The position numbers and the translations under genes were made by a program. A stretch of DNA of 64,000 bases from Mytilus trossulus (lineage: Eukaryota): contig NC_086382.1 of assembly GCF_036588685.1 (NCBI RefSeq), positions 44,206,001 to 44,270,000 on the forward strand, read 5' to 3'. Shown here piece by piece: positions 24,890 to 39,262 of the stretch. Position 1 is the stretch's first letter. The number at the start of each line of letters is the position of its first letter. The notes under the pieces were generated by a model. It did not search any database, was not told the origin of the DNA, and saw only the letters and a list, made by a program, of their open reading frames with translations.

Positions 24890-27425
24890 TACATAACAAT
24901 CTTTTTTCCGTTCCTTTTTTAAGATATAATACTTTATATTTGTGTAATGCATGTGTATATTATTGGGAAGAACATCTTCCATAGATTTTTAAAATTTCAA
25001 ATAGTTATAATGGTGAAATATAATCTCTTTTTGAGGTAACCATGGCAACAATCTGCTTTTATTTGATACAGATATTGGGAAAAAATGGGAGGGTGAAAAT
25101 GTCACAAAAGTCTAAAAAGAAAAGGAAAATGGTCTAAAAGGAGAAATTTAAATCCATTACAGTTACACCTTTCATGAAACCATAGACATTTATCTAGAAA
25201 AAGATCCAAAAAATCATATGCAATTCTGCTCGTTTTTCCATAAAATGTACTTAAAAGGTCCAGGGTGAAATTTTTGTTGAAAAACACTACACTAATTTCT
25301 GGACCTGTGGGCGGTAAGGATGTTAAAAAAATGGACTGTCAAACAGACAAATGGCCTATAAAAATGCTAACACAATTTAAATGTTTAAATTAACCCACTT
25401 GGAAGGCTATATTATTCTTCAACTATCTCAAAATCAATTTTATTGTACAAAACCTTTTATATTTAAAAATAATCCCAATGACCAAGAAAACTAAACTTGT
25501 AACTGTGTATTGCTACCATAGGTTTTATAATCGGTGTCTTTATGTAATGATTGAAAGACGTTTTGAAAGAGACCATGTTTGAAATGAATACATCGAAGAA
25601 GTTCTGTGTAGAAACGGGTAAATAACTCTTCTATCTATAAATGATTGTTGATTGTTTTTGTTTAGTGTTTATGCTCGTATGCACTCGTGACTATTGGGAG
25701 CCCGACAAGATTAAACCGCACATCTCCTTTTGTTCATATTCAGATAGGATTCTTGAAAGTGTTATTTATACTGGGAATTAATAATTAAACACATTCTCGT
25801 ATGAAATAAAATCAATTATTAAAAAGCGTTAACAATAGCATTAAATTTGAAACACATCAAAAAGAAACAAAACAGCCAGGAGTTTTCCACTTGATAGAAA
25901 CTCTGCATACGGCTAATCGTTACATTTACCCAAAAAGTTTATCCAGTCGAACATGCGTTTTTTGTACACATATTGATTTTAATGTGGCAAATCTTCTTAT
26001 TTGCTTATAGCTTGGTGGTTTGAAACTTCACTTGTTGACAGATAATTCCGAGGTTTGATAGAGATATGTTCTCATGGAATTGCATGATTACAGAACTCGA
26101 AGGTTTTCTGTGTTTATCATTCGATTATTAATATTGATCCCTGCCATATTTCGTAACCAATATATGCAAATAGTTTTTGGAATGGCAGGACAATAGGATT
26201 ATCATGCCTATACCAGATATATAAGTAATATGTCTTTTGATACCAAACATAAGCAAGATTGTTCATATACAGTTCATCGCTTACACCAATTTTATTTGTT
26301 AAAATGCTGCTTCTCTGTTTAGTAATTTGGTAAATCGATTAATTGTGTTTTAAGGATGCATTCGAATAAACAGTATTATTTTCCATAAGGGAAACAGTCC
26401 ATTCTGTAAAATATTGGACTGTTATAGTTGAAAATGATGTTAGGAAGAATAAGAGTAACACCACAGGTCAATTTTGATAACCTAAAGATGAACGAGGATA
26501 AATCGTTTGAAAAAAGAAATTCATAAAAGCAACAAAAACAAAACTTACAACAAGCGTAATCAACTTATTGAATTAGTGCTAAAAGAGACAACCCAAAAAC
26601 ATAAGAAAAATGGCGAGGATATAAGTATTGGTAATGTTAAAAATCAATTTGAAAGTGGTTTTTTTTTTTCCCTCAAAAAAACGTTTTGATGAGTGACAAA
26701 CTATTGTATTGGTCGTTGACTTTAATCAAATGTTTTCTTTAATTGTCATTTGTTTTTTGGTTGTATTTTTGATAACATTATGAAAACAATTAGAGTAATT
26801 AATAGGTTTTTTTTTTATTTCAGTGATTGAACTATCATGTTAATAAAACATTGAATTGAATTGTACCTGTAAGAATCAGTTATGCTACCTTTAGCTGTCC
26901 CATATGTTTAAGAAAGAGGAGAGCTATTCTTCAAAATATTGGACAGCTGAAGGTAACATAATGGTTTCTTACAGGTAAATTTTAGTCCATTAACTGAAAT
27001 AAAGAACGGGTAAAACAAGAGAATGACGTAACAACATTTTTTTAAATGAAGCTAATGTGTTTCAATTTTGTCCAAACAATGATAAAATTTGGAACAATGA
27101 CAATTTTTGAAACACAATTTTACGAGATTTTTTTAGCAAACACATTTTCAATAATGAAAGCTTGACGGAAAATATTGATTTTAAATGTTTTCGTTACATT
27201 TTTAATTCGAAATTGTAGAGACCGCGAAACGTTACTATTTGTGAAGCTATCAATGACAAGTTATCTGGTTTAGCTCTTTCCGCGTAGCCATCTTTCTTCT
27301 GTCTTGAAACAAACCGTGTACGTGAAATAAAGACCAAAGAATCAATCAAAGGGTTGGCTTGCATACATTTTAAACAAAAAATAGAATAACACAAGTATAC
27401 TGCATTGTTTATTCGGACATTATAA

Positions 27426-30400
27426 TTAGGAATTTGAAGCCATCACGAAGTCCATCCAGCTTTTGTACACACCAATCCGAGTGTAAACGCTTGGACGACT
27501 TCCTGGACATCCACTCTGGCCCCAGGATGTTACACCAGCCAGTTGACCAGAACAAACCATTGGTCCTCCACTGTCTCCCTAATGATAAATAAAGATGATA
27601 AAATATAATGAAAGTGATAAAGAGTATACATATATTTATAGTAGACTGCGGACAAATGAAAATATATTGTATAAACAATAATATAGCATCTACACATATT
27701 GAACACACATTTCTTATTCTAATGTTTCTCTCTTGATATCTTAAATATTTTCTTATGAATGTTTTGTTATTAAACACCTTGAATATTGATAAATGTCGAG
27801 GCCTATAACTTTCGTGCGAACAATTTCTCAGTAAAGTAACAATTTAATCCACATAACAAATAAGAAACGCTGTAATATGTATATGTATATAAAGCTTCAT
27901 GCAGAAACTTAATCAGTACCCAAGTAAGAATATGCATTACTTACATTACAAGCACCGTAACCAGTTCCTTGGAATATACAAATATGGCCGTCAAGTATGT
28001 TGTTGCCAGTCCAATAGTTTTTGCACTCACTGTTTCTTAGCACTTGCATGCTTAATGATTTTAAATTAGTGGGTAAACCGCCTGGAAAATAAAAATTGAC
28101 AATTTCATAAAATAGGCGTACTAGAGAAACATAATTATTGATTTTATTTATGAATAATGCAATTGTCCAAACAAAAACTTACTCCCTCAGCCTAAGTTGA
28201 CCATAGACATTTTGAAATTTCAAGTTTTGTCTCATTTGGTTTTGACACTCTCTAAAATTGTATACTGAATGTATTGGCTTCCAGAAAAAATGTTGTAAAC
28301 TACGAAATAGGTGTCGCATGTTTTGATAACAATATGAAAAGATAAGTGGGGATGCTGGTGGAACGCCACATTCCAGGGCTTCGTGTGAAACTTTTCGAAA
28401 GAACCATGGACTTGTATATTCTACAAGTTCTGCCAGAATTTATTTGAAGTAAGTATTTACATGTTTATGCCGGGCTTTGTTTCAGTTATATGTTCTTACG
28501 TGTTCCACACGTTCCGCCAGACTTTGGTTTAGTTATTTACTTTCATGTTCCACAAGTTCTGCCAGACTTTGGTTTAGTTATTTACTTACATGTTCCACAC
28601 GTTCTGCCAGACTTTGGTTTAGTTATTTACTTACATGTTTCACAAGTTCTGCCAGACTTTGGTTTAGTTATTTACTTACATGTTCCACACGTTCTGCCAG
28701 ACTTTGGTTTAGTTATTTACTTACATGTTCCACAAGTTCTGCCCCATCCAGTGATTTCACATGTCTGGCCAGCAAACTCGTCAGGATTTCCTGTTGCCAA
28801 AGTAATGGCTGAAATACTTCCGGTTAATGACAAACTGGATGACATTTTCATCAATGCAATGTCATTTGGGAATGTTCCAGCTCCTGAGTTGTAGTTTTCG
28901 TGCTAAAATAAAGAGTTTATAAAAGGGTATTTCATTTCGCTTTTTTTCACAATACAAAAATGCAATGTAATAATGCTTGTTAAATACAAAATTGTGTGGG
29001 TTTTCTATAAGTTTTTTGGCAGTCTACTTTCCAAATGTTTGTACTACAATATGTTTTACAAACCAAATATCTTGTGAATATATTAAACAGGAATATTTTG
29101 TAAACGCACGAGCCAGTAGGGTTACCTTCTCCGACATTGGTATGTATGTATGACATAACTTGCACCTGACATATAACAGTATATTAATACAAATGTACAA
29201 ATTATTATTCATTTATTTATTAGCTTTCATAACAGAATGCAGACAATATATGAATAATTTTTAAGAATGACTTATATATCATTGTATATGACTTGAAATG
29301 CCATAACTTATATATTTGACCCAATGATCAATTCGGACCAAATTCCAAATAGTCCATCATGACATATGGATATTTCTGCATGTTTATGTTTAGGCGTCTG
29401 TGATGCCTAAAAATAATTATGAATGAGGAAAATCAAGATACCAGTTATTTTAGTAACTTTTTGATAATTTATTTACCAGAAACACGTTTTTAAAGGTTGA
29501 CTAGATCCACTAAAGTGTCTTATATATATACTGTTTAAATTTGACAAACCTACCAATCTTGCTTTTTTTCATTTTTGTTACTGAAAAGTCTAAAAATTTA
29601 TATATATTTTAATACCTTTATATATTTGATCAAATTATAAACATTAATGTCGACTTCAAGAATATAATGTAATGGTGGGGATTTCTATTTAACATAAGAC
29701 TGATTTGACAAATCTTTAAAAAAAAATAGCTTGTATCCTACCTCCTATAAATTTCTATGAATACCATTGGTTAAAGTCAACCGCGTGGAGACCGTGTATT
29801 TTTAGAATTGGATTAGAAGCGTGGTTTCGTAAAATGACAAAAGATCACTGTGTAACTAATAATACACAACTGTGACAATACTAGACAACCAAATATATTA
29901 CCCTGAATGATTTAAGGAATAAATGATCAAAATATTACCGATACGATAAGCTCTATACTTCTTGTAGTGCCACCACTAGCATGAGCTGAAGATCCTGCTC
30001 GTATCCTGTAGTCTTGTCTGAATACAAATAAAAAGAAATTTTTTTTATTATCTCTAGGCAATACGGAAGAGCAAAAATGTTGTTTTATACGACTAGTGAC
30101 CTTTTACACGTTCAAACTATATGAAACACACTACAAAGGGACCTACAACTAATAGCTCTATAACAAAGGTTTTTGCTATATGCAAGTGGTTACTTTAGCA
30201 GGTTTGACTCTATAAATTACAAATTGACCTTATATTTTCTTCTTTTTTATCACTAAATTAACCTTAGAAAGTCTGTTGTGTAGATCGGTGGTTACCTAAA
30301 ACCACTATGGAATCGACCAATCAATAAAAACTGACCGCCAAGAAATAGCCTATAGTGACAATGCACGTGGTGTTAAACATAAACAAAAATCAATGTGTGT

Positions 30401-33400
30401 ACTAGTATGTATTAGATTTGTATCTTCGCAAAGCGCCACAAAACATGACTTGAGTATTGCTTTACTCGTAAAACAATGTAAAACAAACCAACATGGAAAC
30501 AGAAAACCCAAATATAATCCGTTTGGAAACGGTTTTAAAAAATGAGATGTCATTTTTTTTCTGAAAAAAAGTGATTGTGACCATCCACCAGAACTTTCGG
30601 TCATCCAAAGTTCAGTTCTTCAGGTCTTTGGTTATGTATTAGTATATCTTCTTGTGTGCACTTAAAGTTCATCACAATATATCTAAACACTTACGGTCTG
30701 GAACTGTCGACACAATGTGCAGCCGTTACAATCCAGTCAGCATTCACAATGGCACCTCCACAAATATGGCTATTACTCCTTTGAAGGGACACTTGATGAG
30801 GGTGCTGTGAAATTGTTGTATCTACACCACCCACGATTCTGCCTTCCCTGTCATCGACCTAGAAAAATACGATAGCCAAATATATAATAATGCTGACTAT
30901 TTATATATTAGGTGTCGGAACAATCGGAGGATTGTCAACATATGAATACACATGCTATTCCTTTCTGTCCAGACATAATAAAGTGTGCCCTTGATGTGCC
31001 AAACACTTTGGCGTATTTTTAGGTTGTTTTTCTCTATCTTTTAGTTTTGTCCCATTATTCTTTATTCTCAAAGTTTTAGCAACCCAGTATTATTTTTTCT
31101 TTATTTTGGGCCCATTTTTCATAAGTTTTTGTCCATTAATCCCTAATTTTCAAACCCCATCCAAACACCTCTGAATTAATTTCTTTTCAAATTCAGCTGT
31201 TAAAGATATGAAATGGTATTATTTTAATTTTTATGTTTACACATCTCACTTTTATACAATTAAGATATTTATTAGTTTGTTTGAAATCTGTATCATAATC
31301 TACTGCTACCTTTCTTAAAGTAGTACGAACAACATAATTTATAGTGCTGTCCAAGTCAGGTGAAAATTTGGTAGCACAGTAACACCAAACAAAGACAAGA
31401 GTGATAGATAGGGCGAAATAGGGTTTTTGAAAAAAGAAAAGATTCGATGTTGTGACTGAAATATTAAGAACATATAGATAGGAATAAATATGGAAAAAAA
31501 TTGTTTTATAAATAGTCTTAGCATTTGATCGGATCAATACACCAGAAATTACTAGACCTATTTAATCAGATAAATGTGCGATTTGAGTTATAGTTATACA
31601 TAATGATTTGAGAGAGAGAGAAACTATTTAAGACTTTTAATCCTAACTTGAACTTCCAGTAACACGGCAAAATGTAAATGTGTACATTTTAAGGTACTCA
31701 CGATATAGGCCTATTTATAAATATATCACCAAACTAAACGCTTAATGACTGATAAAAATCGCAATTTTGCAGAAATTTTGTTAAATTTTGAGTATTTCTC
31801 GTTAAATAAAGTGTTAGGACATCGCTCTACCATGTAAAATTTGTAGTTTTGTAACAATATCAACAGCAAAATTAAAATTAAGAATTAAAACGGGGAATGT
31901 GATATAGAGACCAAAGTGTATAGAAAATCCAAATGCAACCACTGGGTAATGAGTCTTAAACACAGCCTGAAAATCCAACACTCAGAGGCGGGTTTCATCT
32001 AGCACCTAAACAATCAAGTGTTCTAGTTCAGAGAAAATGGACGTCACACTAACCTCAAAAAAATATAAATTAACCAAATATTTTTAAAAAACATACAAGA
32101 CTAACAAATGTTGAATAGAATTTTGAGTGTATGAAGATGTTTAGAATTGTAAAAAAATGTTTCGAACTATTTATGAATGGATATTCAATAAACAGTATAG
32201 ATAAAGGCAACAGTAGTATACTGCTGCTCTAAACTAATAAATCGATTGAAAAAAACAAATCCGGGTTACAAACTAAATTTGAGGCAAACGCATTAAATAT
32301 AAGAGGAAAACAACGACACAACATAATTTAACACACACAGAAACTAACTAAGCATTAGACAAAAGCCGATGGGAATAACAAATATAACATCAAAACTAAA
32401 TACATGAATTTGGAATAGAAAAATACCGTCCAACGTCTTACAGTAATGGGAATTCACACTCAAATATAAGAGGAAACAAACGACACAACAGAAACACAAC
32501 GTTAAAATGTAAATAGAATATGACATCTTTTTTCGACTTCTTTATAAAAATAAGGAGATGTTGCATGATTGACAACGAGACAACTATCTACATAAGTATA
32601 CCCACTGTCAGTTATTTTCAAAGAATAAAACTTACCGGCCATTTGTCTCCCCTTTCTACACTTTCTATCAGCTCTTTCGCTGGTTGCCATATGTCAACAG
32701 CAGAAGCTTTAATAATGAATAAAATGAAAGAAATGTTACAAGGTATGTACAATAAAACAAATCACACAAAGTGCAGTGATAATTTACACTTTGACCTTTC
32801 CAAAGTTGTTTTCTTTTTATTTCAGGTCACTGGTGAGCCTTTGTAGACGAAACGCGCGTCGGCTCAAATCCAAAATTGCAATTCTATTACTCGTATCTAT
32901 GATGAGCTTATTTACATTTATCTGCTATTTTTCGTAAAATTAGTAATATTGATAATAATATCAATTTATTCCGAAAGCAGGTAGAGACAACAAGATAACT
33001 TTATACAATGTTAGACAAATTACACATATATGCACCATATCACATACACATACAGCAACAAGTGGCCTTATTCTCATTTCTAGTTTACTTTATATAATTA
33101 ATTTTAACCTTAAATTACAGTTCTCTAAACATGAATTTACCCAACTCCACTCAGATACAATTATTTTTAAACTTCAAAAGGCAGAATGATGCATTCTTAC
33201 TGTATTTCTAAAATTTCTAAATGTATAAATACTATCAAGTAAAAAAAAAACATTTTCAGATCAATGAATGGAATTTCCTAATTTTAGGGGGGGGGGGGGG
33301 GGGGTACATTATTTTTTTTAAGACCATTGAAATTTGAGATTTTCGGATAACAAAAAACAAACATAGATGAAACCAAAATAATGTAAGAGACAAGGATGAA

Positions 33401-33763
33401 TGAATTAAACAAAAACAAAAAACAGGACTTCACTGGACAAGAAAATAATCAATCAAGTTTCTATATACATGTATGTTAATCTTGTTTAAATGTGTATAAT
33501 TCAAACTTAAACTTAGAAAAGATAACAATTATGTATTTGTAATATACTTTTTTATATGTCCATTTATTGTCTACATTTAAAGTGAAATTCTGGGAACCTA
33601 TCAACTATTACTTGATACAATATACCAATATACATTGTCAATTTTATAGTACTGAAAAAAATTTAAGAGAATAGGGAAGAGAAACGATAAACATTGATCG
33701 AATTAGTTATAGCAAAAACATACCAGCTACAATCAGTGTGAACACAAGTACTAAGGCTCCCAT
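27426..33763 (-). CDS. S1A serine protease copy 3, 7 exons, 273 aa (most diverged 5' half)
   Basis: Exons 33763-33724, 32706-32636, 30858-30695, 30017-29939, 28902-28725, 28081-27945, 27578-27426. Activation site VDDREGR|IVGG; triad intact. Confidence 0.95.
28421..28743. repeat. 45-bp exon/donor minisatellite (copy 3, 6 clear and 2 degenerate units)
   Basis: Alternating CACAC/CACAA variants give a 90-bp higher-order period. Confidence 0.9.
32826..32865 (+). mobile_element. Degenerate hammerhead/retrozyme remnant in intron 1 of copy 3
   Basis: CTGGTGA-GCC..GAC-GAAACGCGCGTC; the core carries A6 to G. Confidence 0.6.
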
Positions 33764-33814
33764 CTTTCTTCTTCGTAGGTGTCCGATTGGTGACAAACCT
33801 TACTAATATTTAGC

Positions 33815-33822
33815 TTTTTATA
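33815..33822 (-). promoter_or_regulatory. TATA box of protease copy 3
   Basis: TATAAAAA conserved although the flanks have diverged. Confidence 0.75.
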
Positions 33823-35009
33823 CAAGGTGTAAAATGAAACTTGCACGTTGTGCATGACACTTGTGTTTTCCTTAATCACATATAAACACTTTAAAATTGA
33901 AATTTATAGACTCTGGACAAAAGCTTGACACACTGTAAATTACAGCTTAACACAGTTTATAGTTTGAATTTAGTAATTTATTGTGAAAACATAACAGGTG
34001 AAATTTATCATGTAAAATTATTTTTCTAACTTATTTATTTATACGCCCATCTGTCGTATCGCACAGTAAAACGGTCATGGAGTCATTTTCATAAAGTTGC
34101 AGCTCAGTTCGGAGAAGAATAACCAGAACAGAAAACACTTGGTGTGGAAATAAATTTGCGCGTTTTGTATTGTACATCGGACAGTTTCAGAGAAAACAAC
34201 TTTTATGAGGTCAAAAGCATAATTGAAATGTTACCTATATCATGTAAGTGCACCTAAATAACTGCAATTGCATGTCAGGTTATGCATGTCTACACATAAA
34301 ATGACAATGAAGTTTGACATTTCCATATTTCATATAACCACAGTTTCTACAGTGTATGTTTTTGAGTGGTTTTCATTTCTAACGACATATATTTAGGTTA
34401 CATCATATGCAGAAATATATTAAATAGACATATAGCAAAACAGAGATGAAGCGAATATAAGAGTAGCATTGCCACAACGCGAAATACTTTGTGCACATAT
34501 TTTGTATCAATTATCTGTAAATATAGGAATTTTTTGTTTGCTGGCAACATTATATGAACTGAAATCAGGTGATTCAACTCTATATGCAAGATATGCCTGA
34601 AGATCAATCGCTTTTATGTACAAATTTTCAATAAATAGTATTCCATTATATAGGGAATTCATAGTGTTATATTAGGGTATATAGGGGAATATCTGAGACA
34701 AGTGCTTGTTAGAGAACTTTAACGAGAGTGCACTTAATTTGCGTTTGACTTCCTAGGAAATAGGACACATCTGGGGTTTTTTCGTTCTTTGTCGTTTTCT
34801 ACCTTGCATATTGCATTTCATACTTTTTACTATGATTGTTGATTGAAAAACAGCGTCGGAATACACCAATAGGTCGAAGAAAAGTAAAAGTACCATAGGA
34901 AAAATCAAAAAACAACGAAAAGAAAAAATAGAGACTGTGCAACACGAACCCACCAAAAAAAGTTGGTACTGCTTTGTTTCATTAACCAAACAATGGCCGA
35001 CGTAGATAC

Positions 35010-35990
35010 AAGTATCTTTCTAAAGGAGAGTTAAATCCTACTTTGTAAAGAATCACTCTGATTCGAACAAAATATTCTCTGAAACTGACATTATAAAGAT
35101 GCTTGATTTTTTTATTGACAACATATTTGTAACATTTTGACGATGTGTTTTTCAATAATAGACTGTCGGCATTCCAATGGGAACCAATTGTGCCCCTCTT
35201 CTTGTCGACTTGTTCCTCCCTTTAACTATACTTTCCGCTGTATAGATTGTGTTCTCTCACTTCAAAATGTATTGACTATCTTGAACGTATATATCCCATC
35301 GAACAAGAGAAATAGGATGCAACATATAGAGTTAAGTCTGCCTCATATTTTGACTTACATCTATAAATTGACAATGATGGTCGGTTGAAAACAAAACTTT
35401 ACGACAAAAGAGATGATTCCAATTGTGAACTTTCCATTTCTATGTAGCAACATTCCAGCAGCGCCTGTATACGGAATATACGGAGCATATATCTCCCAAT
35501 TATAATACGATATTCCCGTGCTCGTATTTCCTATCATTATTTTCTTAATAGAGGGTTGCTTCTCACAAGGAAGCTATTGAACCAAGAGTTCCGATTGATA
35601 AAGTTGAGATCATCTCTTCGTAATTTAACGGATGCCATTACGAGCTGGTTGGCCGTTATTGAATAACCGTTTCACAGATGATATCGGATATGTTCCTTAT
35701 GTAGTAACTACAACCCCCTTTCCTTTTCACGTCTGTGACCTACCGAATTAGACTATTTACCAGGTTTGTAATAACATGAGCAACACGACGGTACCACATA
35801 TGGAGCTTACCCTTTCAGAGCACCTGAAATTAAACCCAGTTTTTTGGGGGTTCGTGTTGCTAAGTCTATGTTATGTCTTGTGTACTATTATTTGTCTGTT
35901 TGTCTTCTTCTTTTTTAGCAATGGCGTCGTCAGTTTATTTTCGATCTATGAGTTTGACTGTCCCTCTGGTATCTTTCGCCCATCTTTTTT
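35010..35990 (+). mobile_element. Decayed Penelope-like reverse transcriptase fragment
   Basis: IKMLDFFIDNIFV, VGIPMGTNCAPLLVDLF, FNYTFRCIDCV (decayed YIDD), KLYDKRDD, VNFPFLCSNIPAAP; many stops. Confidence 0.75.
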
Positions 35991-35999
35991 AACAGTCCC

Positions 36000-36890
36000 T
36001 GCTCCAAATGTATCTGGCATCCGTCTTGTTAATCATGAAAGAACTAATAATAAGTATGTTGATGAATCCTCTATGTTACAATCATTGAAAAGGGAACGAC
36101 GGGATGGTGGTTACGATAACTGGAACATATCATGATCATGTGCGACACAGATATCTCATAAAGGTTAACATCGTAATTGAGATGCTGTCCGTAAAACCTC
36201 GAGGGATAACTTCAACTTTGATTCTCAGAGTCGTTTGAATAATAGTATCCTTGTAAAAAGCAATCCACTATCAAGGAACTTGGTAAAGAAAACACAACCT
36301 CTGACGATATATACTTCATGTACATGCATACTTCATATGCAATCATACAAGATGCTAGAATGCAGCTTCATAGAATTGTAAAGTCACAATTGTGAAACTT
36401 AAAGTCGTTCATTTGTTCTGAACATACCATCTTTGTCAAATTGAAGAGGATATATAGTAAGGATATGAGACAGACATAACTGTATCTGTTGTATCCTTAA
36501 TTTCAATTTCGATTGGAAAGATGCGTCCACAATAGACACCAACATATGAAATAACTATCTTTTTTAGCGGAACTTGAAGTAAAGAATCATGTTAAATTAT
36601 TTTCATACTTTCTGAGAAGGTCTGGTATGAAAACATTATGTCATACATGAATAAAGGTGCAAGTCGAAAAAGGGGAATCATTTGGTTCCAATTCCCATAA
36701 GATTGCTGATTTATTGTTGAAAAAAACATCCTCCAAACGTAATCAAAATGTTGTCAATGAAAAGCAAGCTTCAGTTTCAAAGAATGTTGTGTCTAAATCA
36801 GTGTGTGTTTCTTTCTTTCATATCCATAGCGGCGTTCGGTCACAAGTTGTCTTATTTTTGATATTCAAATACGGTGATTAGTTATACTTT
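36000..36890 (-). mobile_element. Highly decayed inverted copy of the same Penelope-like RT
   Basis: The reverse complement gives FIDNILITFGGCFFQQ followed by a decayed MG(I)GTK segment; convergent with the 35010-35990 copy. Confidence 0.55.
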
Positions 36891-37864
36891 TTATTGCATT
36901 GGCTAATGGCTTTTTTTTTAAGAAATTAATGTTAGAAATGTAAGGAACTATATGTTTTTTTTACGCATTCACAATTTGTTTTGATCCGACGTTATCGACG
37001 TCTTGACAACGCCTATTATTGTATGACGTCAGAGAGTGAAATAACCACGTTTATCATATACTTAGACTAAATAACATATGATTTTTACCGTATGATAATA
37101 GCATAGAATTAACGTATATTCCATATTTTTTCGAATTGGTGCTTAGCGGGCTGATATGAAAAGTTTTTCACATGCTTCGCTTGTTATCACATGTCTTTCC
37201 GTAACGTTATCACATGGCATTCCGGTAATACTCGGCAAATTCCGAAAAATACACCTCAATACTACGTTTTCAGTGAAAAACATTACAAAGTAGTGCATAA
37301 AACAATTATTTGGATACTGGAAAGTTTATTGTGTAAAATAATATGAAAAATAAACAAAAACAAAAACAAACAAATTATTCAATAAATGCATTTTTTTAAA
37401 GTTTCAAACATAATTTAGAAAGCTACTTTTAAAAAGGTTGACTTTTCCAAACAATGTTCATTATTTTTATTGTTGATTTTTTTTTGTCGATTCGTCCATG
37501 TTAAAATGTTGGGTTTTTTTCTGTTGAGGCATATGATAGAAAGATTCATATCGAATGTACAAAAATTTGGGTCCGACGTCAGTGGACTTTTCACTCTTTG
37601 AACTTCTTTTCTAAAAGGATCAATATATGAATCTGTTATTTTTCTTTACTGTTGAAGCATATGATAAAAAGATCATAACATGTCATTTTCATATCGCATG
37701 TATTATCAGCCCTCGGTCAATATCAGCCCTCGAGCTATGCGGCTCTTGGGCTAATATTGAACCTAGGGCTGATAATACATGCGATATGAAAAATGCCATG
37801 AAATAATCTGATATTATCATATACTTAGACTAAATAACATATGATTCTTACCGTATGATGATAG

Positions 37865-38109
37865 TGTTATATGGTACGTTATAGTGTTTGTTACGTTATC
37901 AGATTAGATCGTTGATGAGGGAGACCGGAAGTGAGATTGTCGTCAGGACGAAAGCGTGTGGCAGATTTAAAAAGGACAATTAGTTGTTACTGGACCAGAT
38001 GAGTTAAGTTGAACATTTACTAACATTCTCAACTGTTATCTTGTTGTACATATTCAATTACAAATGTAAATAATAAACTGATTGATACGTTTACTTCTTG
38101 TGTGTTAAA
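37865..38109 (+). repeat. 5' LTR (245 bp)
   Basis: TGTTAT...GTTAAA (terminal CA mutated). Three substitutions versus the 3' LTR by my count. Confidence 0.95.
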
Positions 38110-38110
38110 G

Positions 38111-38129
38111 TGGTGACAGCGGTGTGGAT
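38111..38129 (+). promoter_or_regulatory. Primer binding site, tRNA-Leu type
   Basis: TGGTGACAGCGGTGTGGAT, complementary (with one extra T) to a tRNA-Leu 3' end ..AUCCCACCGCUGYCACCA; 1 nt after the LTR. Confidence 0.8.
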
Positions 38130-38991
38130 GGAGCGCCAATCGGGCCACTAGCGTTTATTGTGACTGATTCACGTGGTAACAATTTTGACAGTAACAGAAT
38201 ATTTGAACAGCCACCTGACTTTAGAATAGAATATTGTATTGTCCGTGGAGCCACAGTAAATGAGTTAAAGGACGTTTTCTTGCAAAGACTAAATAGTGTG
38301 GACACAAATAGATGTCTCCCAATAATCGTAAAAGTTGCAGTTGGAATAAACGACTTCACAAAATTTATTTAAAAATAAAAACAGGGAACGTGAGCTAGTA
38401 TATTCATGTGCTAAAGGTCTTGAAATATATGAGAAGATATTAGAATTTAAAGCAGCGGTTAAAGATAAATTACCAAATGCTTTAGTCGGTTTTATAACTG
38501 TGCCACCAATAAGTTTTAAGAAATATAAGGAACACTGTTTTGAGAATAAGAAGTTGACAGTTTCAGAGATATCGGACGATGATCTGCTCAAGTTTCAAAA
38601 GGATTTAGAAAAGGAAGTTGAACTGTTAAATGAAAAAATATTTTTTGGAAATTATGAAAAACAGTCAGGACATTTAAAAGGCTGTCGCACAATTTCTTGG
38701 CACAGATCAGTTTGCAGGCTTGGAAAAGTAAAACGAGGTAAAAAGTATCAAAAAGTATATAAAAACGATTTTCGAGAATTGTATGACGGAATACATGGTA
38801 CTTCGGCTATTAAACAACAGTGGTTTACACAGTTAATTATAGCTATCAGAGCTGAAATTGGTTGTACAAAAGCGGAGGCTGCACAATCGTCAGATGACAT
38901 AATAGCTGGCAGCTCGGTTGTAGAACATTCACAGTCAGAGGATAGTTACAGGGAAGACTCTTGGGATTTTAAGAGAGGACAATTAATGTAA
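38124..38991 (+). pseudogene. SGNH/GDSL hydrolase-like ORF inside the LTR element (frameshifted)
   Basis: Removing one T at ~38370 joins ORFs 38124-38372 and 38500-38991 into ~288 codons. Blocks: FIVTDSRG (I), VRGA (II), VAVGIND (III), YDGIHGT (V). Confidence 0.8.
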
Positions 38992-39262
38992 AACTATAAA
39001 TGCTATTTTGTATCCTTTGGTAACAAGTTTTATGTTCAGTTAAGGTATTAAGAATATGTGTTTGTTCTCTTGATACATGTTGAGCCGCAGGTAGTAGCTC
39101 ATACATTGTAGTCAAGTTTTGTTTGAATAGAAACTGATCTTTATGCATATATATTTATATAAAAAGATTTTCATTATAAATATATCTAAACCTTAATTTC
39201 TTATTTTATATTGCTCTAAAGACAAACTTATAAACCTAGATATTTTTTGAAGAATTATAATA

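Noticed and set aside
33287-33304. G18 run in intron 1 of copy 3 as a regulatory G-quadruplex
   Set aside because: Not conserved in the paralogs, and homopolymer length is unreliable.
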